NCBI RefSeq assembly: GCF_009914755.1
Contig: NC_060929.1
Origin: the human T2T-CHM13v2.0 reference genome, Homo sapiens
Strand: one strand, 5' to 3'
DNA length: 64,000 bases
The position numbers were made by a program, and so were the translations under genes. Positions 1 to 14,319 of this stretch are shown here, piece by piece; within the stretch, counting starts at the first letter, position 1; every line of letters begins with the position of its first letter. The notes beneath the pieces were generated by a model, which ran no database searches, was not told where the DNA came from, and worked only from the letters and a program-made list of their open reading frames with translations.

Positions 1-39
1 AAACTATAATAGATAAATGAGAGATTGAATAGATGATAA

Positions 40-400
40 ATAGATATAAAGATTATAAAGTATCCTTGAGAATTGGCTTACATATTTGTTGGAACTGCTT
101 GAACATGCTCTCTAAGGCTGTGTTTCCGTGATGCAGGTTGAAGTCTACAGGGCAGGCAGTAGTCAGGGAGTGAAATCCCAAGTGGATTAGAACCCACAAG
201 CATGAGCTGGAACCTCAAGATGACAGAAGGAAATCTGTATCTGTTCTTCTTGCTTCCAACCTTGGTAATAAAGTTATCTTACAGAAGCCAGGGCCCTGCA
301 CTGCATAGCCAAACACGTATCAACATAGTTGAAGAGTCAGAGAAGCGGAAGGATGCTACAGGAGACCAAGGAGCAATTGCAGGCCTAATTGATTTCCTGT
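40..400 (-). mobile_element. Old ERVL LTR fragment (MLT2-like)
   Basis: GAATTGGCTTACATATTTGTTGGA...AAGTCTACAGGGCAGGCAGT resembles the reverse of an MLT2 LTR 3' end; recognised from memory, boundaries approximate. Confidence 0.45.
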
Positions 401-1249
401 CCTAAACTTAAAGCAGAATATACTACTTAAACTTTTTATTGTTTTCTCCTATTTTTTAGTATATTAGTGGTATCTTAATTTACCTATTTCACATCTGCCT
501 TTGAACACATGAAGTAGCCATCAAAATTAACATTCTTTACAGTATAAAATGATTGCTATGATCTGAATCAGGTAACAGTGGGTCCTGTTCTGAAATTGTT
601 GAAATGATTTGAAACTAGGCATTATTAAGGATAAAGTAAATTCGCTCGTAAGCCTCAAATTGTACTCCTTATATACATATATGAGGATATAAAAGGTTTT
701 TTAATGAAACTTTTCTAATTGTATAAAACTTTGCATTCTTGTATTATGAAGCTTAGAAGAACTTAAGCATAATAAATACACCAATTTCCAAGGAGAATTC
801 TTAAATTAATCACTGCTGGAATTGAAAAAGAAGTGTATAAAACCAGAATTGCAAAACTTAGCCTATCACCTAATTGTAGCTTATATGGAAGAGAAATTTA
901 GACTTCTTCAAATTTTTATTTGAAGATAGTTGAGAGAGTACTGTGAGTTTTCTCTCACTCATTTATGGCAGCATTAAAAGTCCCATAAGGGAAGTATTGA
1001 TTAAGCTGCTTTTAGGGGAAGAGTATACTTTCAAGGAATAAAACTTGTTATGACTGGATGCTTCGTGATCGGCGAAATCTCATAGGCTTGCCCTTTATTG
1101 CTTCAGAGCCCAACCTCCAAAAACTTGCACTATTACAAGGACGAGATTAATTTCTAACCCTCAAACCTTCATTTCCAAGAACTACCCAGAGTTCAAAAAT
1201 ACTACAAATATATATTCCAAATAAAATTCCTCTTCCACTTTTTATTCTT

Positions 1250-2062
1250 TGTCAAAATAATGCTCCAGCTGGCAGACAAAATGGACTCCCTGTGACTCAC
1301 TGAGATGTTCAAAAGTTGAAATAGAACCAGGCAGGCATGACAGAATGAGGGAGCCGTCATGGACTCTGCATTTTCAGAAAATGTTTCAAAACCTCCTTTT
1401 TGTTATCAAACCAGACCAGTTCTTTCTATCAATGTTGAAACAAACTACAGCTAAAAATTCCTCAACAGGGCCGGGCGCGGTGGCTCACACTTGTAATCCC
1501 AGCACTCTGGGAGGCCGAGGCGGGCGGATCACGAGGTCAGGAGATCGAGACCATCCTGGCTAACACGATGAAACCCCGTCTCTACTAAAAATACAAAAAA
1601 TACAAAAAAAAAAAAAAAAAAAAATTAGCCGGACGTGGTGGCAGTCGCCTGTAGTCCGAGCTACTCCGGAGGCTGAGGTAGGAGAATGGCGTGAACCCGG
1701 GAGGCAGAGCTGGCAGTGAGCGGAGATTGTGCCAGCCTGGGCGACAGAGTGAGACTCCGTTTCAAAAAAAAAAAAAAAAAAAAAAAAGATTCCCCAACAG
1801 ACCACCAGGCCACCACAACTGACCACCTGGAGCCACCCAATAAAAGAAACTTGTGGTTTTGGACTTAAAATTCATCCATTCAGGACTCTGCCCCTAATCT
1901 CCACCTACCCTCAGGTTTTTTCTTTATAATCTTAGACTCTTTTGGCCTAGATCAATGCAAACTTTGTTTTGATCCAAAGGCTAGGTCTCCCCAATCTACA
2001 GATTGCTTTTCAGAAAATGAAGTTTCTTTTGCCTCGGCAGATGTCATGATTTTTTGTGGACA
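1250..2062 (+). mobile_element. ERV1 solo LTR (MER67-like), split by an AluY
   Basis: Starts TG at 1250 and ends CA at 2062; GACAAAATGGACTCCCTGTG...AGAACCAGGC motif; CTTT at both ends as a probable 4-bp TSD (left copy overlaps the terminal T). Confidence 0.55.
1469..1787 (+). mobile_element. AluY
   Basis: GGCCGGGCGCGGTGG start; AluY diagnostics GATCGAGACCATCCTGGCTAACAC and GAATGGCGTGAACCCGGG; poly(A) tail; TSD AAAAATTCCTCAACAG (1453-1468) / AAAGATTCCCCAACAG (1785-1800). Confidence 0.95.
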
Positions 2063-2129
2063 CTTTTTATCAGGAGTCTGTATTTCCCTTTTGTCAATCA
2101 CTTTGAATAAATATGCAATTTTCTTGAAA

Positions 2130-4030
2130 ATTTTTTTAGTTACTAAGAGAGGTATGTTGAAATCTTCTATTACAATGATAGATTATCCCATTTCTTATAT
2201 GTATGTCACTTAAAAAATTATAGCTATTGATTGCATGAGATTATTGATAGATATAAACACATTGAGATTTGCTATATATTCTTGGTTGATATTAACACAA
2301 ATAATATGAAATACATTTGCTCCATTTTACCCCCTTTTTACAATTTGTGCTATATTTGTTGTAAATTTATATACTCTACAAGATGTCATTTTTGTTTTAC
2401 ATAGCCCATATTTATTTAGAAATAGTCACCTATTAACTCTTCCCATCCTATATCTTCTTCCTTCCATTTGAGACCACTTTTCTTCTGTTTGAAGAACTCC
2501 ATTTAATGTGGATCTGTTGATAAGTACTCTCTTTTCTTTGTTGTTTCTTCACTGAGGAAATGTTCATACATATAGAATTTTTGTTTAGCAGCTGTTTCTT
2601 CTATGCTTTTAAAATTTCATTCTTGCTTCCTGGTTTCTATTAGTTGCTTTGAATAGTGAATTTAGCTTTATTGTTTTCTTTTTGAAGTTAACCACATCTT
2701 TTAATTTTTTATTATTTTTACATTTTTTTCTTTTATTTTAAGTAAACTAAACATAAATGATTATGTTTTCTTTTAATTTATACTGCTTGGAATCGTTAAA
2801 TCTTAAATTTAATGATTGTTAAATTAGATTTAACGATTCCAAATTTAACTTAAAATTAAATTTAACTTAAAATTAAACTTAAATTTAAATTGTTAAATAT
2901 GTTGTTTGAGTTATTTTTATTAGTTTTAAAAAATTATTAGCTTTTATGTCCTCATGTATTAATTCTGTTAAAACATTCTCTCCTTTCATTCTGAGACTCT
3001 GATTAAAGAAAAATTAGATATTTTTGCTGAATCTTATATTTCTTCCTGGTACTTCTGAGTTATTTCTTCTTTTTTTGCTCTTCATGGGTCAGCCTAGATA
3101 TTTTATTTAATTTTTCCAGTCCACTCAACTTATTTTACACTGAATCCACTTTGCTGTTAAAATGATATATTTATCACTTATATTCATTTATTATAATTTC
3201 TGTTGTAAGATTATTATTTTTGTGGCTTTGTCTTGTATGGTAAAATTCTATATGTTACTCTCCAGCTTTTTTAAGCATTAATCACACCCACATCTAATAA
3301 CTCCTCTGAATCTCCTGCAGATCTATTTTTATTATATCTATTATTTGTTCTATCACTCATATTTTTCTTTTTTAACACCTTATTGTTTTATATGTAAGTT
3401 TTTATAGCTTCTATGAAAACCTGAAGAAGTAATTTTAGAGTTTGGATAGTGTAACTTTCCTTTGGTGAAAGTTTACAATTTAAATTTTTAAAAATTTATA
3501 AAAATTTAATATATTAAAATTGAATATATTTTGCTCTGCCTGGGCAAATAGAATAGAAGCTGATCAGCAGATTCTCTGATTTGAAGCTGGACTTGTCTTT
3601 GAAAAGACTTGCCTAATCCCATCTCATCCTTACTCCTCTAAGACATAGCACTTCAGGGGCTACAGGTAAAACTCTTAGCCTTCCTCCTCCAGGTGGGGCC
3701 ATAAATAGGAAAGTTTTTATTCTAGCCTTTTAAGGATTTCAGAAAGTCTGCTCCAATTGATGTTCCTAAACAGCCACTTACTGCTTGGCTTTTGAGCCTT
3801 TCAGCTGCTCTTTGGGACTCAATAAACACCGAGAAGTGGGGCTCAGAATCTCAGCTCACCTCTCTTCCCTTTCCTTCTGCCTAATATGTTGTATTCTTAA
3901 GTTCATACCCATTCTTAGTCCTTCATTTTATTTGTATGATGTTTGTTTGTTTGTTTATTTGAATTTGACTTTTCTTATTGGTTGAGAATATTGGTCTAGA
4001 GATAGCTACACTTCCTTTACTAAAAGTAGA
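2130..4030 (-). mobile_element. Ancient L1M (L1ME-like) fragment covering ORF2 5' end, ORF1 and 5' region
   Basis: GAGAGGTATGTTGAAATCTTCTATTACAAT resembles reverse L1 endonuclease sequence; T-rich antisense ORF1-like tract follows; highly diverged. Confidence 0.6.
2787..2892. repeat. Perfect 17-bp inverted repeat plus 17-bp tandem duplication
   Basis: TTGGAATCGTTAAATCT (2787-2803) / AGATTTAACGATTCCAA (2826-2842); AAATTTAACTTAAAATT twice (2841-2874). Confidence 0.9.
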
Positions 4031-4309
4031 ATTTCTGTTTTCCCTTTTGTAATATTCAATTCACATTAAACTATTCAAATATAATACAAATATTCAAATA
4101 CATATTAAACTATATTAATAATGTGTTTCCAAATTATCTTTATTAACCAGTCAGTGTTTCATCTTTTGATATACATTGAATTATCATTGACTCTTTGGTT
4201 AATGAATTCTGGAATCAGAAAAAAATAAAGCTAGCTTAAATACTATGAGAATTAAAAGTAGAGTCTTCCTATTTTACTCACTTAATAGATGCAATTTTAG
4301 TACATACTG

Positions 4310-4430
4310 TGACACTCAATGTGTGATATTTTGCAAATTACTTCTCCAAGTCTCAGTTTTCTCAGATAAAAGAAATGAGTTCAACTAGATGATCTTTAAA
4401 AGTCCTTCTATACCTAAAATTCTGTGATTT
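4310..4430 (+). mobile_element. MIR (MIR3/MIRc-like) 3' part
   Basis: MIR core GTCTCAGTTTTCTCAGATAAAA and 3' end CTAGATGATCTTTAAAAGTCCTTCTA...AAAATTCTGTGATT. Confidence 0.7.
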
Positions 4431-4599
4431 AATAAGAATAAATTAAACTTGAATCTTTGATGATTAAAGTTTAATTTGAATCTTGAAATCCATGAGATTT
4501 TTATAGTTTCTAAATTTAGAATAAAATAATATTCTTTTCTATCTCCAACACTAGAAGATGTCCCATATGACCTGAATAAGTTTCAATGCAATAATTACT

Positions 4600-5005
4600 T
4601 TGAAATTATAATTGCCAAGAAATTTTGAAGAAGTCTAGCAATATTAGGAAACTACCATATTAAATATTAATAAACATTATACAGCCCTAATAGTTTTAAT
4701 AGTAGGGTGTCAATATAAGACTACATAAATTAATAGATGGAACAGAATGGAGAATCTACAGATACATGTATATATGAAAGAGTTAATTAAGACAGTGAGA
4801 TTTAGCATCGTCTATCAGTGAGGAATCCTAAACTTGTCAGAAAAGGGTGCTGAGACATTTATCTATACAGAAAAAGAAGTAAATCTCCACTTCACAATAC
4901 ACAAAATCAAGATTGAGTAAAGATCCATACATAAAAATTATATTTTTAATTGCATCAGGGTTGTAAAACAAATCTCAAACTTGAAATTTGCAAATCATAA
5001 AAAAT
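4600..5005 (+). mobile_element. Ancient L1M ORF2 fragment
   Basis: AGATGGAACAGAATGGAGAATCTACAGATAC resembles the L1 ORF2 WNRIE region; A-rich sense strand. Confidence 0.55.
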
Positions 5006-5034
5006 TGCAAGTGCAAGTGTAGGAGATAGAGAAA

Positions 5035-5280
5035 TTTTAATGAATAAGATTCAGAACTTTGTCACCAGACTTGTATATGGTGTCAGACACATATCACCCT
5101 GCCCCATTCTGTGTGTATGAGCTTGGAATTATTACTTAAACAGTTGAATCATTATCTTCCTAAAGTGTAAAATGTGAATTATAGCACCTGTTTTATGAGA
5201 AATGCCATGCAAATTAAATAGGAAAATATCCAAATAGTGTATAGCAAGAAACAAAGTATTATCAATTATTTTAGGAATTA
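5035..5280 (+). mobile_element. MIR
   Basis: TGAGCTTGGAATTATTACTTAA...TGTAAAATGTGAATTATAGCACCT...AAATTAAATAGGAAAAT follows the MIR core. Confidence 0.6.
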
Positions 5281-8076
5281 TATTTTAAAAATCTCATTTG
5301 TTTTTCTGCAGAGATTGATGATAGTGTTTGAGGAGGAACTGAAAGATTGAATAGAGACATTAAGTTTGGAATATTTGTTCCTTCATCTAACATAGGGTAA
5401 ACATTCCTTAGAGATACAGAAGAAACAAGTCAGGGTAATTCTCCTTCAGTTACTCTAGTCTAGTAACTTCTTTGAAGAATGAGAAAGGGATGTCAGTCAG
5501 ACAGCTCTTGAAAAGATGAACAAGTGGTGCAGAAGGCTCACTCAGTTAAGAATGAAGACCATAAAATATATTGGCTACAATCTTTATGTTGAGTGGTTTA
5601 TCACAGCTTAGCATCTTAAATATAGAGACAGAGAAAGTAGAGTTTTACTGTTTTAAATTTAAAGCTCTACAGGGTTGACGTAGCAAGAGGAATACTTTTT
5701 ATAGTTCTTATTAGGCTAGCTAAGATATCTTGATACACAAGACCTATAGAAAGAGAACTAAAGCCATTCAAGGATAATAAATGAGAGAAGGGAGGATTGG
5801 AAGAAGTGGGCATTCAATGATTTCTGATAGCTTATTACTTGTAATATGGGAGTAAGAGAGTGAAGATTATATGCAGTTGAGTGGACATGACTGTTCAAGC
5901 TGAAATTCCTAAAAAAATATCTGAAGCCCAGCTGGCAAGAAAAGTACATTTGTTCAATGTGTTAAACATAGGTAGGTGGAATTTGTTGATGATAACTTAA
6001 ATTTAGTCTCTTTTGTACCACCAGTATATAGAAATGCCTGACCTATGCTACAGACTTTAAATACTGCATATATCCATATGAACTGTTCTTACAAACTAGC
6101 TTGTTGATCTTAAAAGGATTCTAAAGCTGTGAGGATAATGACATAGATAGAGACAGAAATAACCCTGTGAGCTTCACTGAACAAGTTTCCTTTTGGTATG
6201 GAAAGTTTTCATTGTCAAGCTAAAGATGTCACCTAGCATGCAAAGACTTTTATTCCAACTCAGATAGCAAAGCCCCATTTCACCTTTTCCTATAAGAAAC
6301 TGAAAAGGTCAAATGGTGACAGTTTTTATAGCAAAAGAGTTTAAAGTATAAGTGACTAAAACATTTGTTAATTATGAAAAGTGCTTTAACTTTAGTACAT
6401 TTTATAGAAAAGAGACCTTTTCCTTTTAGCCCTAAAAGGAAAAACATTTAAGTGCATTTTTATTTTAATCACTTTTTAGTTAAAATTAAAATATGAAAAA
6501 GATAATTTGTTTTTGAACTTGGTCTTTCTGATGAAGAAAGCTTTACGTGGAAGAATTATTCTTGTTTCTTTTATGTTTCCTTGTGTCTCTCAAAATGATT
6601 CTTAATGAATTGCCAAGTGTAAGTTTGAGACTAGAATTTATAGACCACAGTTATTCATTCCAGTCAAATGCCACAGAAAAGAACAGCAACAAATCAAAGT
6701 TAATTTGTAATTGAAACCCACTATTACTAAAAGCAATTTAGCTTTAAAGAACCTTGACATGTTCAAAAGATGAATTACTTGATGCAGCTTTGTTATTTAA
6801 AATTATTTTTAATCATTTAATAGAAGAGAAGGTTAAATTTAGGAAAGCCAGACAGGAATGGAATCTATTTCATGTTCTTTTAAAACTCAGAGGATAAAAT
6901 ACCTTTTGAAGATAAATTAAAATGCATTTCAGGGAATCATAACAGCATTGGGTGAAGTTTTAAGGCAATTGCTATATTGTCAGTGTGAATATAATATGAT
7001 AAAATACTTCATAAATTAAGAAAAAGTAAATTTATATGGGTGCCTTGAACTTTAATTTTCCCCCTCTAAATACGTAGCAAATTCTCTTTTGCTTTATTTT
7101 CTACTTTCATGCATTGGTTCCATAATATATATGAATGAGAAAGTGAGTAAATTAAGTTCATAATTTTGCTTGTAACCTAATATTTTAAAAATGCACAGGC
7201 CTACTCATAATTTAATGCATACCCATTGCTATTCAGGAGCTATATTTAATTCTATTTAATTTAAGTATATCGCTAGGAAAAAAAACCTTTTTTTTACTAG
7301 TGTTAGTATGGGCAAGACCTTATCTCTCTTTTTAAAAAATGTAAAATATGGTGACCTAGATGAATATCTCTAAAATCAAGTCTTAATCAATTAGAAATAA
7401 TAAATTTTCCCCATTTCTTTCATTTACACAGACTTTGCATATAGCCAGTTTCTCCCTCAAGAGCATCTGCTTGTGGAAGAGAAAAACTATTGAACCTGCC
7501 TCTTAAGTACTGGCCTCCACTGATTTTGTATTGGTACTCTGCTCTACTTATTTGAGTGGAGAAGGAAGCACTAGTAGCAAATATAAAAGTTTCGGGTTTA
7601 TAGTTGAACGCAGCAGAGATGTGCCAAAGCAAAAATTCATTGGTAACAAGAAAAATATCTTGATTATTGGAAAGCTTGATCATCTTGATTAATACTCTAT
7701 GTAAAATTAGCAAGATCTGAGGAAATTTGTCAATAGAAATACTATGTGCATGAGGGTATTTCTCTGTTTTCACATGGAATCACTAAGTTTGGGAATAACA
7801 AAAGACATGAAGGTTTTACAAATGTTGTCGAAAGCATGATTGCAGTTTTTATGTACATGTTTCCAGACAGATTAAAAGCCACAATTTTAATGAAAATTTT
7901 ATGAAGTGGAAAGTGCAAAGAGTTGAGAATTACAATTATGATATATACATAAAGCTATGACAGGCAAATTGGTTGCTTAATCAAAGCATCCATGCTGGTA
8001 GGTATTATTTGACATGTCAAGCTTAATGTCGGACATTAGAGATTAGAAATCTAAATATCCATCACAATGGTTTGAT

Positions 8077-8106
8077 ATTACTATAAACAAGATTACTATA
8101 AACAAG
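8077..8106. repeat. 15-bp tandem duplication
   Basis: ATTACTATAAACAAG twice, perfect. Confidence 0.9.
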
Positions 8107-8357
8107 ATAAGAACAAGATTGAAAAATGAAGGAAAAATTATGTAAGACAAAAAGGCAAAAATTGTTAAAAGCCAAACCTAATATCAGATATCTCAGTATC
8201 CCCAGGTTAGGTATGAAAGGAGAAAGTAACTCAGCAGAAAAATTCAAATGCTGATATGTGTTCCAAAACATGGTATTTGAATATTCAGCTAAATTAAATG
8301 TATGTGTAGAAAGAGAGAGAGGGAGGGAGAATTAGAGTACTATAATGAAAATGTAGG

Positions 8358-8434
8358 GTTTATTCTTATTGTGTACTTATTGTATACTTTCCTCATAGTT
8401 TATTCTTATTGTATTCTTATTGTATACTTTCATA
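8358..8434. repeat. 40-bp imperfect tandem duplication
   Basis: GTTTATTCTTATTGT(GTA/ATT)CTTATTGTATACTTTC twice. Confidence 0.85.
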
Positions 8435-8920
8435 ATAATAAAATAACTGACTCTTTGCTTGGATCTGAAGTCTAATGTACTTTGGGAATACATCCCCATC
8501 CTAATTAAAATAAATAGCCTACTCACGGTAAATCATAATTTTGTAAATTTTCTCTTATACTACAAACATTTTCTCAGAAAAAAAAACATATGTTCTTCAT
8601 GCCAGACACTTTATTTGTTTATGCATGTGTGTGTGTGTATGGTTCTGCTTTGATAACGATAAGATAAGCCCATTTTGACGAATTCTCTTTTGTCATCTTC
8701 TTAGGTCGTACTCAATTAATGTTTTGTGTTTAAACAACTGACCCTCAGCATACATATGTCTATGGTTTTGTTTTTAGATTAGTTGACATAAATTGAGACA
8801 CAAACATGCTATTGATAAATTCCAGCTATCTAACAAGGGAAACCATGTGGCTTTTGTTCCAGTGTCAATAATATTCAACTTTACCCTCAACTGATCATAC
8901 TTTTGTATGAATTATATGAC

Positions 8921-9006
8921 TATAACATAAGTTATAACATGAATATAACATATGTTATAACCTGAATATAACATACATGTTATATGAATGTAACATGTAA
9001 GTTATA
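8921..9006. repeat. ~23-bp minisatellite with a palindromic core
   Basis: About four degenerate units of TATAACATATGTTATAACMTGAA; the core TATAACATATGTTATA is a perfect 16-bp palindrome. Confidence 0.85.
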
Positions 9007-9492
9007 TTGTTCCTCTACACCTGAAAAACTGTCAATTTTGATAAAAGTTGTAAGTCATTTTTTTAAAGAAGTATGACATTAATCATCATCGACTAGAGCT
9101 GGGGAAGAACTGTTAACAATATCTAGCATGAGTAAGTACCTGCATTTATGTTAAACATAACCATCCTGGGTTTCTCCCCTATAATTTATATGTTAATTGA
9201 GGAAAGTAGATACAATGGTTTTCATTTGATCCCTTAAGCATTTTGTATCTCTATAGTAACTCAATTACCATCTACCTCTCTGTAAAGGTGACAACCTACA
9301 TTTACAATTTAGTTTCAACAAATCTATACGTTTTGAGAAAAGAGATAATCTTATTAATCTTTGAGTCACTCTTACTTCATTCTTTCTATTTTTTCTCTTT
9401 TCTTCTAACTTATAAGAAGACAATCACTTTTTCTCTTAGAACAAATGGATAGAGGAAAAAAAGAGAAAAGAGTATTCTATGAAGACTGACTT

Positions 9493-10667
<1,175 letters not shown>

Positions 10668-10864
10668 ACTTGACTATAGTAGAGTATTAATACACGATTA
10701 TCATGGTAAGTGTGTGAATATGTAGGTTAGGTCCGGTGTATTGAGTGCATTGAAATATGGCTAGAGGCATAATATAGAGCTGCTTCATGAATAGTATCAC
10801 AACAATAATAAAAAAGACATAAAAAATAGAAATATAAAGTGTTCCAAGTTTCTTATTTAACACT

Positions 10865-10980
10865 TGCTCTTTTTTGCAATCCTGATTCTACTTCTTCTTT
10901 TCCTCTTCCTTTTCTTCCTTTTCTATCTTCCTTTTCTTTCTCTTTTTTCTTTTTCTTTTTCTGCTCTCTGTTATTCTTAG
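10865..10980 (+). repeat. CT-rich low-complexity polypyrimidine tract ending in TTCTTAG
   Basis: About 110 nt, nearly all C/T. Confidence 0.85.
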
Positions 10981-13504
10981 GTCCTAGTGATGTTGGAGCC
11001 TTAAGGGCAAAAACTGGTTGAGAAGCAAGTGAGAATAATTATTTTCTTTCTCTATTCTCTAAACTGTAAGCTAAGTAAGTAGGAGCTAGAAGAAATTTCT
11101 TATCACTTTTTGAATCATAAAAATAATAATTAACTGAAAAGACTAAGAATTGGTATCATGGGAGAAGAATACACAACATGTCTTTAAAATTTATAGTAAA
11201 TTCAATTATCTAATAAAGCAAATGGCTTCTAAGTGGACCTCATTTAAAATATTTTTCACGTTTTGCCAAATGGTCATAGTATACTGTTTAAAGCTCCTTG
11301 GCAAATAAAGTCCTGGACATGCTAAAAGATGATGAATTCACTAATGATTGGAAGGAATAGTCCTTCCTATAAGATTTGTTCTTCTGCTTTAGAATAGGAC
11401 ATGCCAGAGAGTCTTGTTGATAGTTCACTATCAACTTTTTCCCTCAAGTATACAATACTAGTCACCTAAAGGTCATTTATAGCCTATTTTGTTAAAGAGG
11501 TTTAATTTCTTCTTGCTTCAGGGTATGCCTTGCCTTGGTCTATACATCATTAATGTGATCTAAACATCAGAATCTTTTCAATAGCCTGTATATAGAACAA
11601 GATAAACTGGAATCTTTTGAAGTTTAGTTCTATACATTCACAGAGTTTTATCATCTCCCAGTTCTCATGGCCAATCTCAGCTGTGGATGCTGTAGCACCT
11701 CAGCAACAGCCTTTATAAAAAAAAAAAAAAATCCTCTGGGAAGAATTACCATAGCAGAGAGTTATGCTTCTTTTTCTCATTCGCATGTTAATACCCAAAA
11801 TACTTTTTGAGTTTATTCAGGGTGGCTGTTTTATAGCAGAAATGCCATCTGAACTTTAAGAACAAATTAAAAAGACTTTGGTGGACCTATGAGCCCACTG
11901 AGTTCTTTTCTATAAATGTAAATGATAATAAAAAAAGTTCAATGTCTCTAGCAAAAGAACAGACGTTCTTTTAATATGCAAATATAAGAACTCAACATCA
12001 ACAGTGTGTTAACTCGTAATCTTTTTTTGGAAATTTTTAATTTTGTGATCCCATTTCTCTGCCAAACTGCATTAGTTTCGTTGTTTATAAATCAGTCCTG
12101 GATTCCCTGATGCAGAAAGGCCAGGCAGTCAGCTTAATAGGCCCTTAAGCTGTATTAGCCTTAAGCTTCTCTGTCAGAGAGGTCTGTAGACAATTTCCAT
12201 AGGGAGAAAAAAGGCAAAAATATAATACATGGCTAATTATATGGGAATGATATGAAATTTGGGAAAAAGTTTCTGTTTTATTTTCTTAACACTAAGAAAA
12301 TAAAAGGTGACTCTGACAGGAGAGGCTCAACTGTAGGGCACAAGTGGTCCATTTTGAGCAAACACACGAATGGAAAAGGGCATATAGTATTTAGTAGAAC
12401 ATTTGATGCTTTTAAAGTTCTAGCACCTTTCAGCCGACCATCATGTTTTCTATCTGATAATAACTTCTTCCAAGTTGAATCACCATGGTTGACTGCACCC
12501 TATCACACCTTTGGATTAGGAAAGTGGAACTTAGAAGTATTTGTGAAGTTTCTTGATTATTCACAAGTTAACTCCTAATTGAAATAGGCTGCAGCAAAAC
12601 ACCCAGTTCACCCCAGCATACAGCAAAAACACTGATCTATGGTTCAACAAATCAACCTTCAGAAATTATTATGACCTTAGAATTATTGCTAAGTCAGTGA
12701 TACATTTTTTTCTTTTTTTCTTTTTTCTGGAATGAAATTTGATGATAAACCTTTGGGAAGGATGGAACATCAGATTAAATCCTTTGATAATTTTCTGGAG
12801 AGTATAAAAATAATTAATATTCAGAGATATTTTAGTTAAAGAAATACAAAATCTTTCCATTTTTATTTAATTCTTATTTGTATATACCTACATTCTTAGA
12901 ATGTTAAAATTTTACTGGAAGAAACAAGATTGCTGGTGTGAATATGTAAATATTTAATCTTGTTTTGTTTTTGTTTTTGCTTTTTTTTTGTAAACATTCT
13001 ATTGAATCTATTTCTGGAGTATTTTATAATAACTAAGTATTTTAATACCTTCAAGTTCCTGCATTTTATACTGTAGTTACATTGACTTTAAAAACACTAA
13101 AATGATTTACAGTCCAAAGCAGACTGCAATTTGTTCATTGACACTGATGCTAAATTCACATTCTTAATTTTACAGCTTGAAAATGAGATTTAGCTACAAA
13201 GAATGACAGTTATGGCCATTATCTTTTGTTTTCTGTTCTAATTTGAGAAGTGAAGACACTTTTGCCACTTCAAGTGATTTGAAGACACAAAGAGGATATG
13301 TATGAAGAGTTTGTTAGTGTGCATATAGTTGTACAAGGCAGCCAATCTGGCTTGATTAAAAAAATGGTTATAAATGAGTACTGTAAAAACCTCACTTATG
13401 TGGAGTTTTTAAAATGTAGTGTTCAATTTTGGTATAGTTTTACATCAATGTGATTTACTATTTTGGGGAGAAATTTACATATTCTTTTAAAAATTAGACA
13501 CTTT

Positions 13505-13830
13505 TGACCATAGAATGAAAGGTTGAAAAAGACTTCATAGGACTTAAGAGTTTACATTTCAAATAAAAATCCCTTCTAGGACTGTGTATTGCAAATTAAG
13601 GAGTTATCTTTGGCCTCTCCATAATAATGGAAATTTCTTCATACCAGGAAGTTTACAGTCCATTGTCAGGCAGTTCTAGATTATATCAACTTCTTTCTAA
13701 TATTGACCCCAAATCTGACCTTAATTGCCATCAATTTATCAATTTTTTAAAAATCTCATAATAACTTAGACAAATATAATGTCATACATATTGGAGATCT
13801 TCAAATGTTTAAAGATATTTACCATTGCTT
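13505..13830 (-). mobile_element. L3/CR1 LINE 3' fragment
   Basis: CCATTGTCAGGCAGTTCTAGA...CTTCTTTCTAATATTGACCCCAAATCTG resembles the reverse L3 3' region. Confidence 0.5.
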
Positions 13831-14319
13831 CAACACTATCAGTATTTGGTTGGTTGATTTCAGAATGCCTTGTCTCCTACTTTAACATCATAAGAAAAAT
13901 ATAATATTGTTTTCCTTGTTCATGTGTGGCCTTAATCTTTGGCAAACTGTTTACAAATAATATTGAACCCTTGCAGACACTATTTAACACAAGAGGCTGT
14001 TTATCTTATCACTGACTGGATTCCAGGTTGCTATGCTTTGTTGCTTTGGTCTTTACCATCCTCGTCTTCTGTTAATTTTTGCTCAAGCATTGGTTTTTCT
14101 TAAGATATCCTATTTATTTATGATCTTCATAAGATAAAAACTGGGTTAAATACAGACTTTCAAATCAAATTACGTAACCAAATTCCATTAAATAAATAAC
14201 TTGAATTTCAGAATGAGTATAATGTCAATAACTTATGGGATGAAGTTAGGTGGTTCTTAGAATATCCCTAAGCAATGTGTTAAGTGCTTTTCTCTCTCTC
14301 TCTCTTTTTTTTTTTTTTT

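Noticed and set aside
1345-1826. Alu-overlapping ORFs here and at 9753, 19223, 23268, 41115, 42496 and 47266
   Set aside because: Standard Alu-derived translations, not genes.
7420-7773. 117-aa minus-strand ORF in unique sequence
   Set aside because: No recognisable domain, a non-ATG start and no supporting exon structure; consistent with chance.
8921-9006. CRISPR-like palindromic repeat array
   Set aside because: No unique spacers, no cas genes, and a primate genomic context.
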